64,000 nucleotides of DNA from Alphaproteobacteria bacterium (GTDB lineage Bacteria; Pseudomonadota; Alphaproteobacteria; UBA828). Location of the stretch: the NCBI GenBank assembly GCA_965237415.1, contig CBDEFM010000002.1, positions 2,880,001 to 2,944,000 of the forward strand. The letters are read 5' to 3'. The notes beneath the pieces were generated by a model. That model did not search any database. It saw only the letters and a list, made by a program, of their open reading frames with translations, and was not told the DNA's origin. A program made the translations under genes and the position numbers. Shown piece after piece: positions 20,235 to 27,958 of this stretch; position 1 is the first letter of the stretch; each line of letters opens with the position of its first letter.

Positions 20235-21340
20235 GGTTTTCCCCCTTGGCGCCTTCCCCGGCGCGGCGGGCCCGAGCGCCAGGTGAGGCGCTGCGCGAAC
20301 TCGGCAAGTCGTTCTCCAAGTGTCGCGCGGTCCAGCCAGAGGCCCGGCAGGGAGCCGATACTCGGCAGCAGTCCCCGCTGGAAGACCAGGACGAAGAGGA
20401 TCAGCACCGCGCCCAGCACCAGCGTCACCTGGCCCACGCCCTGGGTACCGAGCCAGCCCTTGAAATGCTCGATGGCGAAGACGCCCGCGATCGGCCCGAT
20501 CAAGGTTCCCTTGCCGCCGACCAGTACCCACATGATGACGTCGGCGGCGCGGCCCAGGCTGAACATCTCCGGATGCGCCAGCGGAATCGAGATGGCGTAG
20601 AGGGCGCCGCCGAGGCCGGCCACGCCGCCCGCCAGCATGAAGGCCGCGAGCTTGTAGCGCCTGGTGTCGTAGCCGAGCAGCTCGGTCCTGCGCTCGTTCT
20701 CGCGGATGCCCACGAGCACCCGGCCGAAGGGCGTGGTGAGTATCAGCCGGAGTCCGATGTAGACGAGGATCATGAGCACGGCGCCGACCCAGAAGAACCA
20801 GTTGATGTCGAGCTGGACCGACGGGTTCCACGGCACGTCGAGCTGCGGCACGGTGGGGATGCCGTTCTGCCCGTTGAGCCGAACCTTGCCGATCACGTAC
20901 TGGTCGCCGGAGGTGGCGCGGATGCCCTTCTCGAGGATCAGCGTGAAGACGAGGGTGATGACGCTTAGATAGATCTCGCTGATACGGCCGTAGATCATGA
21001 AGTAGCCGAGGATGCCGGCGCCGGCCGCGCCAAGGGCGACGGCGAAGAAGACCGAGCCCGTGGTCTCGCCCGTATTGAGCGCGAGCACGGCAAAGCCGTA
21101 GCCGCCGAGGCCGAAGAACGCGGTCTGCCCGAAGCTCAGGATTCCGCTGAAGCCCCAGAGGAATCCCATGCTGAGCGCGAGCATGGCCATCCCGAAGAAG
21201 CGCGACATCTCCAGGATGACGAAAATCTCCAGGTGGAAGGGCATGGTGATGAAGAACGCCGCGAGCGCCGCGATAAAGACCCACCACCACCACTTCGGCC
21301 GCTCGCTCGAGTGCTGCATGGCGATGATGCCGTGGATCAT
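20231..21340 (-). CDS. Branched-chain amino acid/urea ABC permease (UrtC-like)
   Basis: WGFSGILSFGQTAFFGLGGY, GRVLVGIRENE, VGGKGTLIG. Confidence 0.88.
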   Translation of the reverse strand: MIHGIIAMQHSSERPKWWWWVFIAALAAFFITMPFHLEIFVILEMSRFFGMAMLALSMGFLWGFSGILSFGQTAFFGLGGYGFAVLALNTGETTGSVFFAVALGAAGAGILGYFMIYGRISEIYLSVITLVFTLILEKGIRATSGDQYVIGKVRLNGQNGIPTVPQLDVPWNPSVQLDINWFFWVGAVLMILVYIGLRLILTTPFGRVLVGIRENERRTELLGYDTRRYKLAAFMLAGGVAGLGGALYAISIPLAHPEMFSLGRAADVIMWVLVGGKGTLIGPIAGVFAIEHFKGWLGTQGVGQVTLVLGAVLILFVLVFQRGLLPSIGSLPGLWLDRATLGERLAEFAQRLTWRSGPPRRGRRQGGKP

Positions 21341-21343
21341 CGC

Positions 21344-22204
21344 TCAGACCCCGCGCGTCATGCGCCCGGTGATCCCGAGCGGCAGCAGCCGAAGCAGGAT
21401 GATGGCGACGAAGAGCACCGTCATCTCGCCGATCACCGAGCTCGAGACGGTGGCGACGATGCCGTCCATGGTGCTGAAGAGGCCGGATGCGCTCACCGTG
21501 CCGATCAGCGGCAGATGGCCGCCGGTGATGACCGTGATGAAGGCCTTGGCAACATAGACGATGCCGAGCGTGGGATAGGCGCCGACGATGGGCGACAGTA
21601 CCGCGCCAGCAAGCCCGGTGAGCGCCGAGCCGAACGCGAAGGTCAGCATGTAGACGAGGCTGCGGTTGACCCCGAGTGCGGCGGAGATCGTCGGGTTCTG
21701 CATGGTACCGCGCACGATCAGCCCGTAGCGGGTAAAGCGCCAGAAGGCATAGACCGCACCCAGCAACGCCACAGCGATCGCCATCATCACGAGGCCATAG
21801 ACCGGGAGCCCGAAGGCGCCCACCTGGACGTTGCCGAGCGGGGCGGCCACGCTCTCGGTCTGGGGTCCGAAGATCGTGGTGACGCCGCCCACCAGCAGCA
21901 GGCTCAGCCCCCAGGTCGCGAGCAGCGTGTCGATGATGCGGCCGTAGAGCCACTGGATGATGAAACGCTCGACGATGATGCCGAAGAGGCCGACGGCAAG
22001 CGCCGACACGATGAAGGAGAGCCAGAGGTTGATCCCGGCATGGCTGCAGAGCGTGCAGAAGTAGGCGCCGAGCATGAGGAACTCGCCCTGCGCCAGATTG
22101 ATGACCCGCATCATCCCGAAGATGACCGCAAGCCCGAGGCTGATCAGGATGAAGATCGAAAAGGAAAAGCCGATCTGGAAGAGATAGTTTGCGACCTGAT
22201 CCAC
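21344..22204 (-). CDS. Branched-chain amino acid/urea ABC permease (UrtB-like)
   Basis: LGLAVIFGMMRVINLAQGEF, LYGRIIDTLLATWGLSL. Confidence 0.88.
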   Translation of the reverse strand: MDQVANYLFQIGFSFSIFILISLGLAVIFGMMRVINLAQGEFLMLGAYFCTLCSHAGINLWLSFIVSALAVGLFGIIVERFIIQWLYGRIIDTLLATWGLSLLLVGGVTTIFGPQTESVAAPLGNVQVGAFGLPVYGLVMMAIAVALLGAVYAFWRFTRYGLIVRGTMQNPTISAALGVNRSLVYMLTFAFGSALTGLAGAVLSPIVGAYPTLGIVYVAKAFITVITGGHLPLIGTVSASGLFSTMDGIVATVSSSVIGEMTVLFVAIILLRLLPLGITGRMTRGV

Positions 22205-22399
22205 CCGTCACCCCCGCCGCCCCGGCAAGACCCGCCGGGGCGGAACACGCATCCGCAGACGCGGGCCGGAGCATTGGCGGCAGCGTGCGCTGCCGCCAGC
22301 CCGCAACCCTAACGTCCGGGCAACGATTGCGCCGTCGTCATGCTGCAGCCCGAGGCGCTGCGGCGCACCGACGACGGCGGTACCTTTGCGCCCCGATCC

Positions 22400-23647
22400 C
22401 TACTCGACATCGACCTCGTACTGGGTCTTGTCGTCGGGGTTGGCGTGAAGGTCGCAGACCTGCTGCGTATCCAGCGGCGGGCGCTGCGAGAACGAGCGGA
22501 TCACGTCGAAGGTTTGCGTCATGTTGCCGCGCACGATGTGGATGTCCATCGTCGTGTGGTTGGTCTGACCGTCGACCGTGTATTGGCCGCCCGCGCCGAC
22601 CACGCTGACGTTGCCTGAGGCAAGTGCCTCGATCACGGCGTCGGGGCTGGCATCGCCGGCCTGACGCGCGGCTTCGGCCCAGACCTTGACCCCGCGCTCG
22701 CCGTACTCGCCGTACTCGCCGACATAGCCGGTGTCGCCGGTGTAGGCCTGGAAGCGGCTCACGAAATCCTTGGCCTCGGCCGTGTCGAGATCGTCCACGA
22801 AGGAGGTCGCGAGGATGATGCCGTTGCCCTCCTCGGGGCTGAGCTGGGTGTGCTCTAGCCCAACGCCGTAGGAGCCTGACGCCAGCATCATGCGGTCCTT
22901 GCCGATCGAGGCTTCGAACTGGCGGTAGAAGGCGATGTGGGCGCCGCCCACCAGCGCCGACATGACCACGTCGGGCTTCGCTGCCTGAATGCGCGAGATC
23001 GCCGGCTGGAAGTTGTTCACGTCGAGCGGGAAGAACTCGACCGCCAGGTCCTCGCCGCCGTTGTCGCGAGTGAACTTCTGCATCCACTTGGACGTGATGT
23101 GGCCGTAGTTGTAGTCGGCGGCGAGGATGTAGGTGCGCTTGCCGCCAAGCTCGTTCACCACATAGTCGAACAGCGGCTCAAGTTGCTGCGCCGGTACCAT
23201 CCCGGTCGACACGTGGCGGCGGTCGCAGACGCCGCCTTCATAGAGCGAGTTGTAGAAGAGCAGCCCCTTGAAGCGGTTCACGATGGGGCGCATCACCTCG
23301 CGCGAGGAGCTGGTGATGCCGCCATGCACCACCACGCACTTGTCCTTGACCAGTGCCTCGGTGACGTACTGGGAGTTGTACTGGCCGTCGGATTGGGAAT
23401 CGTAGAACACGAGCTCCAGCGGCCGGCCCAGCAGGCCGCCGGCGGCGTTGATCTCGTCCACCGCCATTGCCGTCGCCTGGATCTGCTTCAGGCTGTAGAT
23501 GTTGAGGATGCCGGTGCGGTCGAGGATGTTGCCGACCTTGATCGGGTCCTCGCTGGCGATGCCGGCGCGTCGCAGAACATGAGGAAGGCTGGCGAAGGCC
23601 AGCGCGCCGGATGCGGCCTGGAAAAACTGTCTGCGGCTCAGTCTCAT
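22400..23647 (-). CDS. Urea/amide ABC substrate-binding protein (UrtA/AmiC-like), Tat signal
   Basis: MRLSRRQFF Tat motif; EINAAGGLLGR, GGITSSSRE, LYEGG. Confidence 0.88.
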   Translation of the reverse strand: MRLSRRQFFQAASGALAFASLPHVLRRAGIASEDPIKVGNILDRTGILNIYSLKQIQATAMAVDEINAAGGLLGRPLELVFYDSQSDGQYNSQYVTEALVKDKCVVVHGGITSSSREVMRPIVNRFKGLLFYNSLYEGGVCDRRHVSTGMVPAQQLEPLFDYVVNELGGKRTYILAADYNYGHITSKWMQKFTRDNGGEDLAVEFFPLDVNNFQPAISRIQAAKPDVVMSALVGGAHIAFYRQFEASIGKDRMMLASGSYGVGLEHTQLSPEEGNGIILATSFVDDLDTAEAKDFVSRFQAYTGDTGYVGEYGEYGERGVKVWAEAARQAGDASPDAVIEALASGNVSVVGAGGQYTVDGQTNHTTMDIHIVRGNMTQTFDVIRSFSQRPPLDTQQVCDLHANPDDKTQYEVDVE

Positions 23648-23741
23648 GGTCTGCTCCCTACCGGTTGGCTCGGCGGCCTCATGCCGCCGGGCGGCCATCA
23701 TAATTGCAGGTACTACACCCGTTCAACAAACGCCTTGACGC

Positions 23742-24659
23742 TCAGAGGGCTTCGACCAGCGCGAGGCTTTCCTCCGCCATGGCGGCGATGAAGCGGTTCA
23801 TCCTCTTCTTGAGCTGCGGCAGGTCGCGCGAGCGGGCGACCGTGGCCTCGTTCATGTAGAGGCGACGGTTGACCTCGATCTGCAGCGCGTGAACGCGCTT
23901 GGCCGGCTGGCCGTAATGGGCGGTGGTGAAGGCGCCGGCGTAGGGTTCGTTGCGCCTGACCGAGAAACCGAGATCGCGGAGGATGCGCTCCGCCGTCTCG
24001 ATCACGGCAGGCTTGCATGACGCGCCGAAGCGGTCGCCCAGCACGATGTCCGGCCGGGGCGTGCCGCGGTCGCGGTCCGTCGGCCCGCCGACCGAGGGCA
24101 TCGAGTGGCAGTCGAGAACGAACGCCGCACCGAAGTCGCGCAATGTCGCCTCGATGAGCCCTTCGAGCGCCCGGTGATAGGGCCGGTAGAGCGTGTCGAT
24201 GCGTTGCTCGGCCTCGGCGTAGGACATCTTGCCCGCGTATATTTCGGCGCCCGAGGCGACCATGCGGGCGATGGTGCCGAAGCCTGCGCGCACCCGGTCT
24301 GAGCGGGTCTTCACATGGCTCGGCAGTGGCTCAGAGAACATCTCCGGGTCGAGCTCGTAGGGTTCGCGGTTCGGATCCAGATAGGCGCGCGGGTAGAGCG
24401 CGCAGAGCAGCGGCGCGCCGCCCTCGGGCGCGCCGGCGAAAATCTCGTCGACGAAGCTATCCTCGGAGCGCCGCAGGCTTTTCTCGTCGAGCCGGGAGCT
24501 CGCGATGAATGCGGGCTCGTATTTTGTGCCGCTGTGGGGGGAGGCGAAGATGAGCGGCGCCGTCTGGCGCGTCGGCAGTCGGATGTCGATGATCCCGTTG
24601 ACGGCCTCCGGCGGGGGCTCCTCGCGGCGTCGCCGGGCGTTTGGTCGTCCTCGACTCAT
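23742..24659 (-). CDS. N-formylglutamate amidohydrolase family protein
   Basis: SPHSG, RRSEDSFVD, RAYLDPNR, DCHSMPS, DIVLGDRFG, NEPYAG, ALQIEVNR; start approximate. Confidence 0.9.
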   Translation of the reverse strand: MSRGRPNARRRREEPPPEAVNGIIDIRLPTRQTAPLIFASPHSGTKYEPAFIASSRLDEKSLRRSEDSFVDEIFAGAPEGGAPLLCALYPRAYLDPNREPYELDPEMFSEPLPSHVKTRSDRVRAGFGTIARMVASGAEIYAGKMSYAEAEQRIDTLYRPYHRALEGLIEATLRDFGAAFVLDCHSMPSVGGPTDRDRGTPRPDIVLGDRFGASCKPAVIETAERILRDLGFSVRRNEPYAGAFTTAHYGQPAKRVHALQIEVNRRLYMNEATVARSRDLPQLKKRMNRFIAAMAEESLALVEAL

Positions 24660-24709
24660 CCCTCGCGGTTTAGACCAAAAAATCGGCCCTGTCATCCGTG
24701 CGCCCGCCC

Positions 24710-24739
24710 TTGCCAACGCCGCGCGCGCGGTGGTAATCC
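24710..24739 (+). promoter_or_regulatory. Putative sigma70 promoter of tRNA-Val
   Basis: TTGCCA-N18-TAATCC, 15 nt before the tRNA. Confidence 0.45.
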
Positions 24740-24754
24740 CGCTCAATGCGGCAG

Positions 24755-24829
24755 GGGCGCTTAGCTCAGGGGGAGAGCGCTTGCTTGACATGCAAGAGGT
24801 CCCTGGTTCGATCCCAGGAGCGCCCACCA
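24755..24829 (+). tRNA. tRNA-Val (GAC)
   Basis: Acceptor GGGCGCT/AGCGCCC, D arm GCTC/GAGC, anticodon arm CTTGC-TTGACAT-GCAAG, T arm CCTGG-TTCGATC-CCAGG, encoded CCA. Confidence 0.97.
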
Positions 24830-24960
24830 CGCCGCCGCGCCCGCCCGCGAGCACGGGCTGAACGGCGGGCGCGCGGCGCGCAGCCCCGGCCTTACCTTCG
24901 CATGCCTGCCACACGCCTTGACCTGAGCGCGCGCTTGGCTGCGCCCTGCGATTGCAGGCG

Positions 24961-25920
24961 ATGAACCGGTTGCTGCACGATCTGCGCCAAAGCCGCCTCC
25001 TGCTGCCGACCGTGCTGCTGCTGCTCGGCGGCATCTCCTACGGCAGCCTCTTCACCGCCAACAAGATAGCGATCGACGCGGGCTTCCCCTTCATCGCCTA
25101 TTCGTTCTGGCAGGCGCTGTTCGCAGGCGTGGTTCTGCTCGCGCTGTCTGCGATCTTCTCCAAGCCGCCCTCGCTCCGGCGGGAGAACCTGCGGGTCTTC
25201 GCGCTGGTTGCGGTCTTCGGCTTCCTCGGGCCGCTGCTGGTGGTGACCTACGTTGCCGACCGCCTGCCGCCGGCGGTGCTCACGCTCTGCGCGGCCCTGA
25301 TCCCGGCGATCACCTACACGCTGACCCTCGTGCTCAGGTTCGACCGGCTGCGCTGGCTCAGCCTCGCCGGCGTGCTTATGGGTTTCGGCGGGATCCTCCT
25401 CATCGTCGTACCCACGGGCAGCCTGCCGATCTCGGGCGCCTGGGTGTGGGTTCTGTTCTCGCTGCTGATGCCGCTCGCGGCGGCGGTGAACAATGTCGCG
25501 GGCGCCCGCTTCTCTCCGGTGGGTGTGAGCGCGCTGGCGCTGGCCGGCGGCATGATGATCGTCGCCGCGCTCCTGCTGCTCGTGGTGATGCTCGCCCAGG
25601 GCGATTTCTTCCTGCCGACCGACGCCGCATCGTCCGGCCTCTGGGGTCTGCTCTGGGCGACGGCGGGCCAGGCAATCACCTACAGCTGCTTCTTCGAGAT
25701 CGTGCGCCGCGCCGGCGCGCTCTTCTTCGCGCAGCTCAACTATGTCGTGGTGGCGGCCGGAATCTTCTGGGCCAGCATCTTCTTCGGCACGGCGCTCAGC
25801 CACTGGGTCTGGGCTGCGGTCGCGGTGCTGGTGCTAAGCCTCGTCCTCATCAACGCCGGCACCGCGCGGGGCTTGCGCGAGCGGACCGCCCGCTATGAGG
25901 CGGATCGGTCGGGCCAATAA
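24961..25920 (+). CDS. DMT/EamA family transporter
   Basis: About 10 hydrophobic helices in two repeats; FFEIVRRAGALFFAQLNY. Confidence 0.85.
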   Translation: MNRLLHDLRQSRLLLPTVLLLLGGISYGSLFTANKIAIDAGFPFIAYSFWQALFAGVVLLALSAIFSKPPSLRRENLRVFALVAVFGFLGPLLVVTYVADRLPPAVLTLCAALIPAITYTLTLVLRFDRLRWLSLAGVLMGFGGILLIVVPTGSLPISGAWVWVLFSLLMPLAAAVNNVAGARFSPVGVSALALAGGMMIVAALLLLVVMLAQGDFFLPTDAASSGLWGLLWATAGQAITYSCFFEIVRRAGALFFAQLNYVVVAAGIFWASIFFGTALSHWVWAAVAVLVLSLVLINAGTARGLRERTARYEADRSGQ

Positions 25921-25935
25921 AGTCATCGACAACCG

Positions 25936-25964
25936 CTTGCCGCCTCCCACATAACCGCCTATCT
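25936..25964 (+). promoter_or_regulatory. Putative promoter of the sox/mgd operon
   Basis: CTTGCC-N17-CTATCT resembles the alphaproteobacterial sigma70 consensus CTTGAC-N17-CTATAT. Confidence 0.45.
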
Positions 25965-25995
25965 ACCGCGAGCCTTTGAGCGACGATGGCGAACG

Positions 25996-27237
25996 ATGGC
26001 GTTCGGCCTCCTGAAATACGGCCTCTCCCGGCGCCGGCCGGTGAAGCGCTTCCTCAGCTCTCGGCCCGAACTCAGGCCGAGCTACGACGTGGCGATCATC
26101 GGCGGCGGCGGCCACGGGCTCGCGGCCGCCTACTATCTCGCGGCCCGGCACGGCGTGCGCAACGTCGCCGTGTTCGACAAGAGCTACCTCGGCGGCGGCA
26201 ACACCGGGCGCAACACCGCCATCATCCGCTCCAACTACCTGACGCCGGAAGGCGTCGCCTTCTACGAGGAATCGATGCGGTTGTATCGGGGCCTCAGCGA
26301 GGAGCTCGACTACAACATCCTCTATTCGGAGCGCGGGCACTTCACCCTCGCGCACTCCGATGCGGCCATGCGCACCTCACGCTGGCGGGCCGAGGTGAAC
26401 AAGCATCTCGGCGTCGATTCCGAGCTCGTCGGGCGTGAGGAGCTCTCCCGCCTGGAGCCACTACTCAACATGTCCGAGGAGGTCCGCCACCCGATCCTTG
26501 GCGCCCTCTATCACCCGCCTGGCGCGCTTGCCCGCCACGATGCGGTCGCCTGGGGCTACGCCGGCCGCGCCCAGGAGCTCGGTGTCGAGATCCATCAGGA
26601 GACCGAGGTCACGGGCATCAAGGTGGAGAACGGGCGCGTCACCGGGCTCGAGACCAGCCGGGGGCCGATCGCCTGCGACAAGGCGATGCAGGCGGTGGCG
26701 GGCCTCAGCGGCCAAGTCGCGCGGCTCGCGGGTTTCACGCTGCCGATCCGCACCGTGCCGCTGCAGGCCTGCGTGTCGCTGCCGCTCAAGCCCTTCCTCG
26801 ACCCGATCATCGTCTCGGGCAGTCTGCACGTCTATATCACGCAGTCCGACCGGGGCGAGCTGGTGATGGGGGGCGCGACCGACCCCTATCCGCGCTACCA
26901 GACCTCGTCCACCCTCGACTTCATGGAGGGGCTGATGGCGCACATCCTGGAACTCTTCCCCTTCATGGGCGACATCCCGGTGCTGCGCCAGTGGGCCGGC
27001 ATGACCGACATGACGCCAGACTTCGCACCGGTCATGGGGCTGACCCCGGTCGAGAACTACTACATCGATTCGGGCTGGGGCACCTGGGGCTTCAAGGCGA
27101 CGCCCGTCTGCGGCACCAGCATGGCGGAGCTGATCGCGACCGGCCGCGTGCCCGAGCTGATCAAGGACTTCCGCCTCGACCGTTTCCGCGACTTCTCGCT
27201 CATGGGCGAGAAGGGCGCAGCCTCGGTCGGGCACTAG
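25996..27237 (+). CDS. soxB: Sarcosine oxidase beta subunit family (probably N-methylglutamate dehydrogenase MgdA)
   Basis: IIGGGGHGLAAAYYLA, GGNTGRNTAIIRSNY, ARHDAVAWGYA, GWGTWGFKATP, EKGAASVGH. Confidence 0.92.
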   Translation: MAFGLLKYGLSRRRPVKRFLSSRPELRPSYDVAIIGGGGHGLAAAYYLAARHGVRNVAVFDKSYLGGGNTGRNTAIIRSNYLTPEGVAFYEESMRLYRGLSEELDYNILYSERGHFTLAHSDAAMRTSRWRAEVNKHLGVDSELVGREELSRLEPLLNMSEEVRHPILGALYHPPGALARHDAVAWGYAGRAQELGVEIHQETEVTGIKVENGRVTGLETSRGPIACDKAMQAVAGLSGQVARLAGFTLPIRTVPLQACVSLPLKPFLDPIIVSGSLHVYITQSDRGELVMGGATDPYPRYQTSSTLDFMEGLMAHILELFPFMGDIPVLRQWAGMTDMTPDFAPVMGLTPVENYYIDSGWGTWGFKATPVCGTSMAELIATGRVPELIKDFRLDRFRDFSLMGEKGAASVGH

Positions 27238-27256
27238 GGCCAAGGGTCGCGGCGCT

Positions 27257-27958
27257 ATGAAGATCATGCCCTGCCCGCTCAACGGGCCGCGCAATATCCA
27301 GGAGTTCATCTGCGCCGGCCCGGTCGAGCCGCACCCCGACCCCAACCGGTGTTCGGACGAGGAGTGGGCCGAGTACGTCTGGCTGGAGGAGAACTTGGCC
27401 GGCGTGGTGCGCGAGTGGTGGTGTCACGTCGCCACGTCCTACTGGTTCATCGCCGAACGCAACACGGTGACGGACGAAATTCTCGCCACCTATCCGGCCG
27501 ACCGGGTCTTCTCGGAGCGTGTCACATTCGAGCCGCTGGCGCCGCCGCCCGAGTCCGCGCCTGCGCCCGCCGAAGCCAAGCCGGAACCGCCCACGGAAGC
27601 CACCCCGCCGCCGGAAGCGCCGCCTTCGCCCGCCGCGCCCGCAGAGGACGCACCGGCGGAAGAGCGGGACGCACCTGCAGAAGCAGCACCCGTAGAGGCC
27701 GCCCCCGAGCCGCCAAAGGAAACCGTGCCGCCGGACGCGCCGCCCGAGCCTGAGCCGCAACCGACGGCTGCCGAGGCCTCACCGGAACGGCCTGAGGCCG
27801 CCTCGCCGGCGGACGATGCCGCCGAAGGCGACACGACCGCGGCCCAGGCGTCCCCAGACGATGCTCCCGCCGAGCGACCGGCCACCGGCGACACGCCCCA
27901 AGACGAACCGTCTACCGCCGAAGCACCGACTTCCGCGTCGAAGGATTCGGCCACATGA
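27257..27958 (+). CDS. soxD: Sarcosine oxidase delta subunit family (MgdB-like) with ~140-aa Pro/Ala/Glu-rich tail
   Basis: MKIMPCPLNGPRNIQEF, EWWCH, WFIAERNTVTDEI, then a low-complexity extension; ATGA overlap with the next gene. Confidence 0.88.
   Translation: MKIMPCPLNGPRNIQEFICAGPVEPHPDPNRCSDEEWAEYVWLEENLAGVVREWWCHVATSYWFIAERNTVTDEILATYPADRVFSERVTFEPLAPPPESAPAPAEAKPEPPTEATPPPEAPPSPAAPAEDAPAEERDAPAEAAPVEAAPEPPKETVPPDAPPEPEPQPTAAEASPERPEAASPADDAAEGDTTAAQASPDDAPAERPATGDTPQDEPSTAEAPTSASKDSAT

Noticed and set aside
19494-22274. 926-aa ORF as a large fusion ATPase
   Set aside because: Only the last ~246 aa are an ABC ATPase; the rest is an off-frame overlap of two permeases
24755-24960. tRNA-Val as an island integration site
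   Set aside because: No integrase, no duplicated tRNA 3' end seen, and downstream genes have host-like composition
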